NCBI GenBank assembly: GCA_964455905.1
Contig: CAYVYN010000001.1
Span: forward strand, 210,960 to 274,959
Source: an uncultured bacterium
GTDB taxonomy: Bacteria > Chlamydiota > Chlamydiia > Chlamydiales > Rhabdochlamydiaceae
Length of the DNA: 64,000 bases
Reading direction: 5' to 3'
Part shown: positions 8,557 to 16,621 of the stretch, piece after piece
Numbering within the stretch: the stretch's first letter is position 1
Layout of the letters: every line of letters starts with the position of its first letter
Position numbers and translations under genes: made by a program
The notes under the pieces: model-generated
Database searches by the model: none
Told to the model about the DNA's origin: nothing
What the model saw: only the letters and a program-made list of their open reading frames with translations

Positions 8557-9315
8557 ATGACTACACCTTGCTTTATAGCTTCTCTAAATGCTTTTTCTGG
8601 CGCATATACCCAATCGGATTTTTTCGGAAAAGTAATCATGGGAGCTTTATTTGTTTTATCTATCGTGTGTTGGATCGTTCTTTGCTACAAAATATGGCAA
8701 ACAAAAAAAACTAAAGCATCTTGCATATCTTTTGCTAGAATCTTAAAAAAGCACAAAGACCAAATTTTGGCTTTAGAAAAGTCAGACATCTCCTATAAAG
8801 GCGGACAACAATTCCCTCAACCTTTTGCAGAAATTTACTTTATTTTAAAAGAGAAAACTCTTGAAACCCTAAATAAAAAGCTATACTTCTTAGAGCAGCA
8901 AGGTCAAGGAAAAGAAAACGTATATCTTACTACAAATGACATAGACCTTCTCGAGCAATATGTTTCAACAACCATCTCCACGCAATATAAAATACTAGAA
9001 AAACATGTTTTTATTCTTTCCACCATAGTAACCCTAGCGCCCTTTTTAGGCCTATTAGGCACGGTATGGGGAATACTTGTCACATTCGCAGAACTTCACA
9101 CAGGAAGCTCTGCGAGCTCGAGTTCAGCAATCTTAGGAGGCCTTTCTACAGCTCTTGCTACAACAGTTCTTGGATTAGTTATAGCTATCCCCGCTCTTAT
9201 TTCTTATAATTACTTAAAAACAAATCTAAAGTCTTTTTCTTCTGATATGGAAGACTTCCTGTACACTCTGCTTTCAACCTTAGAATTACAATACAGAAAA
9301 GTCGATCTAAATTAA
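8557..9315 (+). CDS. tolQ: TolQ (MotA/TolQ/ExbB proton channel)
   Basis: Three-TM layout with LAPFLGLLGTVWGILVTF, the family hallmark. First gene of a tolR/tolB/pal cluster. Confidence 0.85.
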   Translation: MTTPCFIASLNAFSGAYTQSDFFGKVIMGALFVLSIVCWIVLCYKIWQTKKTKASCISFARILKKHKDQILALEKSDISYKGGQQFPQPFAEIYFILKEKTLETLNKKLYFLEQQGQGKENVYLTTNDIDLLEQYVSTTISTQYKILEKHVFILSTIVTLAPFLGLLGTVWGILVTFAELHTGSSASSSSAILGGLSTALATTVLGLVIAIPALISYNYLKTNLKSFSSDMEDFLYTLLSTLELQYRKVDLN

Positions 9316-9324
9316 GGATTCTCT

Positions 9325-9753
9325 ATGAAAAACCGACGCTCGATCTCAAACCGATTGCAAAACGATGAAGAAGAGTCCCTATTAAATCTGACGCCTCTTA
9401 TAGACGTCGTATTTGTTGTCCTAATTATTTTCATTCTTATAGCTCCAATGCTCGACATTGACAAAATCCAATTAGCCGCTTCTTCTACAAAAAAAGAAAA
9501 AACAACCCCAGAAGCCTCCCCTATTACAATACAAGTCAAAGAAGACAACTCTATTTGGATTCAGAAAAAAAAGGTATCCTATGAAGAGCTTTTTCAGATC
9601 CTAGTACAAGAGAAAAAAAAACACCCCAATCGAATACCACAACTTTTTCAAGATAAAAAAGCTCAATTCGGAACCTATCAGACAATCAAAAACAGCGTAG
9701 AAAATGCAGGGTTCGAAGAACTCGACGTGATTTTACAGCCGGGTTCGCCATGA
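9325..9753 (+). CDS. tolR: TolR (ExbD/TolR family)
   Basis: LNLTPLIDVVFVVLIIFIL is the single-TM signature. AAGGA RBS. Confidence 0.8.
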   Translation: MKNRRSISNRLQNDEEESLLNLTPLIDVVFVVLIIFILIAPMLDIDKIQLAASSTKKEKTTPEASPITIQVKEDNSIWIQKKKVSYEELFQILVQEKKKHPNRIPQLFQDKKAQFGTYQTIKNSVENAGFEELDVILQPGSP

Positions 9754-10514
9754 TTTCTGGTATAAAAAACCAAAAAATAAAAAAAATAAGCTATATAATT
9801 ATCAGCATTCATTTATTGTGTATAATATATATAAATATATATTCAGAAAAAAAGCCGCGCGAAAAAGAAAAAAAAATTACAGTAAAAACATTTCAATCTA
9901 ATCCCGCAGTCCCCATAACAAAAATACAAACTATTAAAAAAAATCCAACAACCCCATCCACTACCCCTTCCCCCAAAAAAGAAACGCCGAAAGCTCCAGT
10001 TAAAAAAGCTGAACCAAAAGTTTTACCTAAAAAAACGACTCCAATAACAAAAAACAGCCCGCCTACTGAAAAAAAAACAGAAATTAAAGCTGAAAAGAAA
10101 CAGGCTCCCGAACCCCAGGTAAAAAAGAAAAAAAATATCGCACTCGAAAAATCTCTAAAAGAAATCAAAGAAAGCATTGCTAAAATAGAAGCAGAAAATG
10201 ATAGAATAAGAACTAGCTTACCGTCTAAGAGTGCAACTTTAGAAGAAGAAATTCTTCCAAATGATTATGCTTCTTCTTTGGTTTGCTACCTACAGGAACA
10301 ACTCCAATTACCTGATATTGGAGAGGTGAAAATTCAAATAACGCTATTTCCTAACGGAACAGTAGAAAAAATGACAGTATTATCTGCAGAAAGTGAAAAA
10401 AACAAAAAAAGAATACAAGAGAACCTACCAAATTTGCAGTTTCCGCCTTTTCCTAAAAATGCAAGAAATTTGGACAAACAAACTTTTATACTTACCTTTT
10501 GCAATGAAATTTAA
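9750..10514 (+). CDS. tolA: TolA/TonB-like envelope-spanning protein
   Basis: N-terminal TM, a long Pro/Lys-rich spacer (PKKETPKAPVKKAEPK...) and a small C-terminal globular domain. ATGA overlap with tolR. The position matches tolA. Confidence 0.55.
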   Translation: MISGIKNQKIKKISYIIISIHLLCIIYINIYSEKKPREKEKKITVKTFQSNPAVPITKIQTIKKNPTTPSTTPSPKKETPKAPVKKAEPKVLPKKTTPITKNSPPTEKKTEIKAEKKQAPEPQVKKKKNIALEKSLKEIKESIAKIEAENDRIRTSLPSKSATLEEEILPNDYASSLVCYLQEQLQLPDIGEVKIQITLFPNGTVEKMTVLSAESEKNKKRIQENLPNLQFPPFPKNARNLDKQTFILTFCNEI

Positions 10515-10535
10515 CAAAAATAAAGAGCTCTATTT

Positions 10536-11903
10536 ATGAAATACAGAAAGATCACCCTCTTCGCCTCACTACTAGCTCTGGCTTTTATAGCTTCTATAGA
10601 AGCTGCTCCTACATCAGGGCCTCAAGAAATTAGAGTACAACTCTTAACAGAGACAAAACTTTCCTCCATTTACCTTTCCTCTTTTCATTCAGAAGGTGCG
10701 AATTCTACCTTGTCTTCCGCTTACTTAAAAGAACTCGATAAGATCTTGGAATATGATTTTAATCATAACGGGAAAACAACAGTTTTAAGTAAAAACAACG
10801 CAAAAGAAAACATCCTAAAAGCAGTAACAGCAGAAGGACTCACTGCTCAAGCAATTGGCGCTCCTTACGCAGTTTCGTTTAGCCTAAAAGGCAACAACCT
10901 TCAATGTAAAGCGTATAACCTTCAAAAAAAAACAGCAAAAACATTTTCTGAAATTGTGCTCACAGGGTCACTTCCTCAAGACAGGCAAAAACTTCATAAA
11001 TTAAGCGATACCATTCACGAAACATTATTCAACTGTAAAGGCATAGCTAGCTGTAAAATTTTATATGCATTTCAAAACAAATCTGCTGACGGTAACTGGG
11101 TTTCTGAAATTGCAGAATGTGATTCTGATGGAGAAAACAAAAGAATTTTAACGAAAGAAAACAGCTACTGTGTAACCCCTGTTTCAATCCCAAAAAGCGA
11201 GGAATTTCATAAAGACCTTTTTCTTTACGTCTCCTATAAAACAGGCCAACCAAAAATTTTCATCGCCTCAAAAGAAACAGGAAAAGGAAACAAGGTAGTA
11301 GATATTCGAGGAAATCAGATACTCCCAGCCATCTCTAAACAGCGCGATAAACTTGCCTTTATTTGTGATGCAAGCGGAAGAACCGATCTATTCGTGCAAA
11401 CACTTAACCCTGAAACAGGGAAGACAGGAACGCCCCACCAACTATTTTCTTACCCTAGATCAACTCAAGCATCTCCTACATTTAGTCCAGACGGATCAAA
11501 AATAGCTTTTGTATCCGACAAAGACGGTGCACCTAGAATTTACCTAATCTCTTCTAAACCAGAAGACAAAAGACAGCCCGCTCAGCTACTAACAAGAAAA
11601 AATAAAGAAAATTCTTGTCCAAACTGGTCTTCTGATGGTACAAAATTGGCTTATAGTGCTAAAACGGAAGGGATACGCCAAATATGGATTTACGATTTCA
11701 ATACAGGGGAAGAAAAACAACTCACTTCTGGTCCTGGCGATAAAGAAAATCCTTGTTTTGCACAAAATAACTTACACATTGTATTTAACTCAACCGACGG
11801 CCCGTATTCAGATTTATACGTAGTAAATTTAAATCAACCAAATGCTATAAAAATAACCAAAGGCTCTGGTAAAAACCATTATCCAAACTGGAGCTTACGC
11901 TAA
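10536..11903 (+). CDS. tolB: TolB periplasmic beta-propeller protein
   Basis: Signal peptide, then repeated PTFSPDGSKIAFVSDKDG and PNWSSDGTKLAYS propeller blades. Confidence 0.85.
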   Translation: MKYRKITLFASLLALAFIASIEAAPTSGPQEIRVQLLTETKLSSIYLSSFHSEGANSTLSSAYLKELDKILEYDFNHNGKTTVLSKNNAKENILKAVTAEGLTAQAIGAPYAVSFSLKGNNLQCKAYNLQKKTAKTFSEIVLTGSLPQDRQKLHKLSDTIHETLFNCKGIASCKILYAFQNKSADGNWVSEIAECDSDGENKRILTKENSYCVTPVSIPKSEEFHKDLFLYVSYKTGQPKIFIASKETGKGNKVVDIRGNQILPAISKQRDKLAFICDASGRTDLFVQTLNPETGKTGTPHQLFSYPRSTQASPTFSPDGSKIAFVSDKDGAPRIYLISSKPEDKRQPAQLLTRKNKENSCPNWSSDGTKLAYSAKTEGIRQIWIYDFNTGEEKQLTSGPGDKENPCFAQNNLHIVFNSTDGPYSDLYVVNLNQPNAIKITKGSGKNHYPNWSLR

Positions 11904-11932
11904 ATTTCATCAAATAAATGAGAGAACCAATT

Positions 11933-12619
11933 ATGAAAAAATCCTTACTTTTCGCTTTAATGACATCCTGCATCAGCTTACTTATCCTAGGTGGCTGTAA
12001 AAAAGACTCTGGAGCTGTATGGGATGACTCCACTAGCATGGGAAACTACAAACGCGCTAAAGAACGCGTACTTTGGGGTGCGTCTTCTGAGGGAGAAATC
12101 GCTATGGCAGATTCTAAACTTTTTGCATCTTCTGACGACGACTTTGTTCCTCTTCAAGATGATGACCTTAAATTACAGTTTTCTGAAACAGTCTTCATGC
12201 AACCTAAAGAATCGCCAGGAGAAGAAAACAGCTCTATTCCTGGAATTTCTGGATTCCAAACACCTTACGGAAGTTTAGCTACGATTTTTCAAACTGTACA
12301 TTTTAATACAGATGAATACGTGATAAAAAACAAAGAAGAAATAGCTTCCATTCAAAAAATGAGTTCCTATTTAAAATCACATCCCAAAACATACATTTTT
12401 GTCGAAGGGAACTGCGATCAAAGAGGCCCAGAAGCGTATAACCTATCCCTTGGAAGCAGAAGAGCGAATGCTGTAAGAAACATGCTCATCCAAGAAGGTG
12501 TTAATCCCGATCAAATTTACACAATTAGCTATGGGAAAGAAAAATTACTAAATTCCAAAAACACCCCAGAAGCTTGGGCTCAAAATAGACGCGCTCAATT
12601 TAAAATATATTCAAAATAA
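11933..12619 (+). CDS. pal: Peptidoglycan-associated lipoprotein Pal (OmpA-like domain)
   Basis: Lipobox LILGGC. OmpA-C motifs NCDQRGPEAYNLSLGSRRANAV and NRRAQF. Start moved to MKKSLLF, which follows GAGAGAA. Confidence 0.85.
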   Translation: MKKSLLFALMTSCISLLILGGCKKDSGAVWDDSTSMGNYKRAKERVLWGASSEGEIAMADSKLFASSDDDFVPLQDDDLKLQFSETVFMQPKESPGEENSSIPGISGFQTPYGSLATIFQTVHFNTDEYVIKNKEEIASIQKMSSYLKSHPKTYIFVEGNCDQRGPEAYNLSLGSRRANAVRNMLIQEGVNPDQIYTISYGKEKLLNSKNTPEAWAQNRRAQFKIYSK

Positions 12620-12624
12620 CCTAA

Positions 12625-12669
12625 TTCCGGGGAAAGTCCTTCCCCGGAACTTTATCCCTTTTATTTTTT
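12625..12669 (+). terminator. Strong hairpin plus T-rich tail after pal (possible intra-cluster attenuator)
   Basis: TTCCGGGGAA (12625-12634) pairs perfectly with TTCCCCGGAA (12640-12649) around a 5-nt loop. A T-rich stretch follows, up to the next ATG at 12670. Confidence 0.55.
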
Positions 12670-13266
12670 ATGAAAATACCATCTATCGTTTTTTTACTAA
12701 TAAACATCCTTCTTGTAGGATGCACTCCGCATATGGCTGTTTTACAACAAGACAAACATGAAACCTCAATTGCTCTAAGAGAAGTTCTTCAAGAAGTAGC
12801 TGATTTAAAGCACACTTTAAATAACTTGCAAGTAGAAATGCAAATTCTAGACGAACAATTTAGAATACAAGAATCAATTTTAAAAACAAAAACACAGACT
12901 TCTCATGACAAAAAAACTAAGGGAGAAGACCTATCCTTCTTGGATAACAGAATAGCATCCTTAGAACAAAAACAAAATAAAATGTCAGCTTATGCTTCAA
13001 AAATAGAAGAATTGGAATTTTCATTAAACGAACAAAAAAAGCTCCTTCAAGATATTTCACAACTAAAATCTACACTCTCTGTCTTAGAAAAAACTCTTTA
13101 CCAAGAGCAAACTGAAGTTTTGTACCAAGTAAAAGCAGGCGATTCTCTTGAAAAAATAGCAAGACTACACAAAACGTCTGTAAATGCAATTAAACAAGCA
13201 AATAACCTATCCAAAAATACAATCATGATCGGGGAAGAATTAAAAATTCCTTCTGGCGACTCATGA
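12670..13266 (+). CDS. Coiled-coil lipoprotein with C-terminal LysM domain
   Basis: Lipobox LLVGC, about 120 aa of heptad-like sequence, then YQVKAGDSLEKIARLHKTSVNAIKQANNL...IGEELKIP (LysM). Confidence 0.7.
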   Translation: MKIPSIVFLLINILLVGCTPHMAVLQQDKHETSIALREVLQEVADLKHTLNNLQVEMQILDEQFRIQESILKTKTQTSHDKKTKGEDLSFLDNRIASLEQKQNKMSAYASKIEELEFSLNEQKKLLQDISQLKSTLSVLEKTLYQEQTEVLYQVKAGDSLEKIARLHKTSVNAIKQANNLSKNTIMIGEELKIPSGDS

Positions 13267-14084
13267 AAAATGCAAGTATCGGCATTTTTGATTCTGGCCT
13301 AGGGGGTCTTACTGTCATGCGAGCGATAAAAGACCTGCTCCCCGATGAAAATATTGTTTATTTTGGAGACACTCTGCACTTACCCTACGGTAATAAAAGT
13401 GAACAAACAATACTGCGTTATTCCCTAGAAAATGTACAATTCCTACAAAACCTAGGGATCAAGCTACTAATTATTGCTTGCCATACAGTTTCAACAACGG
13501 CCTATCAAACAATAAAAAAAGCTTCTTCCATCCCGATACTTGAAATGGTTGAACCTAGTATTGATCTGCTTAAAAGGTACTGCCAAGAAAAAAAAAACTC
13601 ACCTCAAATCACAATTCTTGGAACAAAAAGAACAATTGATTCAAATGTCTATCAAACTAGACTTCTATCAAATATTCCCTTTGCGAACATAAAAGCAATT
13701 TCCTGCCCTCTTTTTGTTCCTTTGGTCGAAGAAGGATACATACAACACCCAATCGCGAAAACTATTATCCAAGAGCAATTAAAAGAGATGAACGGAGTCG
13801 ATTTTGCCCTTCTTGCGTGTACTCATTATCCACTTTTACAATCCCAAATACAAGAAACGCTAGGGCCTTCTACTATTTTAATAGATCCTGCCATTGCTTG
13901 CGCACAAGCCGCTTTTGATTTCCTCAAAAAAGAAGACCTTTTAAACCCCTCTGGAAAAAAAGGCGAATATGCTTTTTACGTTTCTGACCATCCTGAAAAA
14001 TTTCGCTTAATGGGCGAAGAATTTTTAAATTGTCCGGTAGAGCCGATTTTTTCTACAAAAATACCATCAGCACTTAGTGTTTGA
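13263..14084 (+). CDS. murI: Glutamate racemase
   Basis: IGIFDSGLGGLTV, IIACHT (first catalytic Cys) and ACTHYPLL (second catalytic Cys). ATGA overlap with the LysM gene. Confidence 0.9.
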   Translation: MKNASIGIFDSGLGGLTVMRAIKDLLPDENIVYFGDTLHLPYGNKSEQTILRYSLENVQFLQNLGIKLLIIACHTVSTTAYQTIKKASSIPILEMVEPSIDLLKRYCQEKKNSPQITILGTKRTIDSNVYQTRLLSNIPFANIKAISCPLFVPLVEEGYIQHPIAKTIIQEQLKEMNGVDFALLACTHYPLLQSQIQETLGPSTILIDPAIACAQAAFDFLKKEDLLNPSGKKGEYAFYVSDHPEKFRLMGEEFLNCPVEPIFSTKIPSALSV

Positions 14085-14171
14085 CTAAATAACTAATTAA
14101 TTAAAAAAAAATAGAAAAAAAACATACAAACTGCTTGAATGGGGAACTACATCTAAAAAACGGTGACCTAA

Positions 14172-14876
14172 ATGACACAAAAGAAAAGAATTATTTTAAT
14201 CGAAGACGAAGAAGATATAGCAGCACTCCTTAAGTTACAAGCTGAGCTTTCAGGCTATAAACTTCACGTGGAGGTCGATGGGATTAACGGATATCGGGCT
14301 ATCGAAAGAGAAAAGCCGGATCTAGTACTTTTAGATATAATGCTCCCTGGGCAAAATGGATTTGATGTCTGTCGGAAAATGAAAAACGACTCCGACCTTA
14401 AAAATATTCCTATCATAATTCTTACAGCTAAAGCAGAAGAAATCGATGTGATTTTAGGTCTAGAATTAGGTGCCGACGATTATATAGCTAAACCTTTTTC
14501 TCCAAAAATTCTATTTTCAAAAATAAAGGCTCTTCTAAGAAGATCTAAAGAACTAGAAAAAAATTTAGAAGTAATTTCGTTTGGAGAGTTTGTTTTAGAG
14601 GTAGACCGCTATCTATTAAAAAAGGGAAATAAAATCATTCCTGTCACTCTATCAGAATTTGGTATCCTAAAAAGACTTTTAGCTAATAAAGGAAAAGTTT
14701 TAACCAGAAACCAACTCCTAGATGATATTCATAACGACGACGCATTTATCGTAGACCGTAATATTGACGTACACATCGCTTCTTTAAGAAAAAAGCTTGG
14801 ACCCAGCTTTGACGGAATTGAGACCGTTAGAGGTGTTGGATATCGATTCAAAGAAGAACATGCAGTTTCTCATTAA
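14172..14876 (+). CDS. OmpR/PhoB-family response regulator
   Basis: The receiver has IEDEED, the phospho-acceptor context LVLLDIMLPG, ILTAK and AKPF. The winged-helix output has VHIASLRKKL...VRGVGYRF. Confidence 0.85.
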   Translation: MTQKKRIILIEDEEDIAALLKLQAELSGYKLHVEVDGINGYRAIEREKPDLVLLDIMLPGQNGFDVCRKMKNDSDLKNIPIIILTAKAEEIDVILGLELGADDYIAKPFSPKILFSKIKALLRRSKELEKNLEVISFGEFVLEVDRYLLKKGNKIIPVTLSEFGILKRLLANKGKVLTRNQLLDDIHNDDAFIVDRNIDVHIASLRKKLGPSFDGIETVRGVGYRFKEEHAVSH

Positions 14877-14917
14877 AAACTACCGCATAATTTTATCTTG
14901 CTAAAAAGGAAAAATAA

Positions 14918-15361
14918 ATGAAACGCAACTTACTTATACTCGGTTCTTTAACCTGCATTCTTTGCAGCTGCGAAACAAAGACTGGAACAGGAGCTTTGGC
15001 TGGAGCTGGCGTAGGAGCTTTAGCTGGTGGATTAATCGGGGGAAACGCAACTGGGGCCCTCATAGGGGCTGGGGTAGGAGCTCTCGCAGGTGGACTAGTA
15101 GGAGCAGCGCTCGACGAGCAAGATAGAAAAATCATGCAGCAAAACGCTCCTCAAACCCTACAAAAAATAGACTCCAAACAACAACTAACTATCCCAGATG
15201 TTGTAGCAATGACAAAAAATGGCCTTAGCGAAGAAGTTATCATCAACCAAATCAAACACACAGAAAGCATTTTTCACTTAACTTCGGATGAAATCATAGA
15301 ATTAAAAAATTCTGGTGTTTCAGAAAAAGTCATCCAGTGTATGATCAATACCGCCAACTAA
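14918..15361 (+). CDS. Glycine-zipper lipoprotein (SlyB/Pcp-like N-terminal part) with a small C-terminal domain
   Basis: Lipobox ILCSC, then a duplicated GAGVGALAGGLIGG / GAGVGALAGGLVGA glycine zipper. Confidence 0.6.
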   Translation: MKRNLLILGSLTCILCSCETKTGTGALAGAGVGALAGGLIGGNATGALIGAGVGALAGGLVGAALDEQDRKIMQQNAPQTLQKIDSKQQLTIPDVVAMTKNGLSEEVIINQIKHTESIFHLTSDEIIELKNSGVSEKVIQCMINTAN

Positions 15362-15384
15362 GATTTTTTGGTAGAAGGAGAGCA

Positions 15385-16377
15385 ATGCTAACAAAAACAC
15401 AAGCAGTTAAAAAGAATCCTCAAACATTTAATTTTTATGAAGAATTCAAAGCTTGCACACTGTTTTATGCAAGATTTCATCTCATTTTTTTATCTTGTTT
15501 GTTTTTACAGCTTTTGTTGTTTTTTGTTTTTTTCCCCTACCTAAGTAAGTCTGCTGCAAGCGCTTTTATTCCAGCATTTTTTTTGTTAACCCTATTTTCA
15601 TACCTAGTTATTCTATTTTTCTTCCAGACTAAGCGTCCTATGCAACTACTTAATATGAAAGAAAAACTAAGCCTTCATTTAAAAGCGCAAGGACTCTCTC
15701 CCTTAGAAATCGCAGATGCTATCCAAAAAGAAGCTTTTTCATTAATTGAAGAAGAACTGAGTTTCTACAGTGCTTCCTCTTCATTTACCTCAATAAATCC
15801 TGTTCTTTCCAAGTTGAAAATACGACTCCACTGGCAAAATTTTCATCTAATGAAAGAACTCCTTTTTTTATTAGCTATAGATGAACTCACAAATATCATA
15901 AAAAAAACCCCACTGGATCCAACTACTCATATCAAACTGACCGAAACATACAAAAACTTAAGCCTTATCTATCTTACTCCTGCTTTTTCCTGGATTCCTG
16001 TAGAATTCTCTTCTGAAGCTATGGAAAGTAAGTTTCAGTTCTTCTCTGAAAGAGCTATCGAAGAAATTACTGTGTTACAAGACTACGGGATAGAAAACTC
16101 CTGGATCCACTCGACTCTAGCAGAAATCTATCACTTACAAAAGCGACCAGAAAATGAAATTAAAGAATATGAAACTCTTTTAGAAATTATGCCAGAAAAT
16201 GAAAAAATCTTATTCCAACTAGGTATGCTATACTTTCAAGAAGGACTTAACTCAAAGGGTTTAAAAGTTTATGAAAAGCTCTTAACCTTAGATCCATCAC
16301 AAGCAGATCAAATTATTAACTACTACGGATCGTACACAACATACGAAACATCCCTTCTTTCATCTGTTTCTTCCTAA
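15385..16377 (+). CDS. Membrane protein with C-terminal TPR repeats
   Basis: Start set at the ATG preceded by AGGAG (the track start overlaps the upstream gene). Two hydrophobic segments, then a TPR-like LAEIYHLQKRPENEIKEYETLLEIMPENEKILFQLGMLYFQEG. Confidence 0.5.
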   Translation: MLTKTQAVKKNPQTFNFYEEFKACTLFYARFHLIFLSCLFLQLLLFFVFFPYLSKSAASAFIPAFFLLTLFSYLVILFFFQTKRPMQLLNMKEKLSLHLKAQGLSPLEIADAIQKEAFSLIEEELSFYSASSSFTSINPVLSKLKIRLHWQNFHLMKELLFLLAIDELTNIIKKTPLDPTTHIKLTETYKNLSLIYLTPAFSWIPVEFSSEAMESKFQFFSERAIEEITVLQDYGIENSWIHSTLAEIYHLQKRPENEIKEYETLLEIMPENEKILFQLGMLYFQEGLNSKGLKVYEKLLTLDPSQADQIINYYGSYTTYETSLLSSVSS

Positions 16378-16621
16378 AAAAAAATTACACATTGGTTTTT
16401 TTTGATAAGAAACAAACACACAAAAAACAACTCTTTGAGCACAATTTCTCAAAAAATGAACGCCTTTTGTAAATAGAAAATGTACAAGTAAATTCCTGAG
16501 GCTATAGATGATATGGGTTAAATTCAAAAGAATTTTTATGTATATTTTAAATAACGCTTGAGAACTTTATGAACTCTATGTAAAGTCTAAACTAGCTTAA
16601 CATTTAGTTTTTAACAAGAAT

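Noticed and set aside
9312-10177. Minus-strand ORFs 9312-9548 and 9893-10177
   Set aside because: They are antisense to tolR and to the Pro/Lys-rich tolA spacer. The second is the mirror image of a poly-purine low-complexity region.
14893-15135. 80-aa minus-strand Pro/Ala-rich ORF
   Set aside because: It is the antisense reading of the Gly/Ala-rich glycine-zipper repeat (GGN/GCN codons read as Pro/Ala on the opposite strand). The sense gene has a lipobox, an RBS and a sensible domain structure.
16378-16621. 244-nt AT-rich leader upstream of the SBP-fusion gene, considered as a riboswitch or sRNA
   Set aside because: I could recognise no conserved riboswitch core. It has only a short AAACTA/TAGTTT hairpin and a weak TTGAGA-N17-TAAAGT promoter-like match. 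The evidence is insufficient to call a feature.
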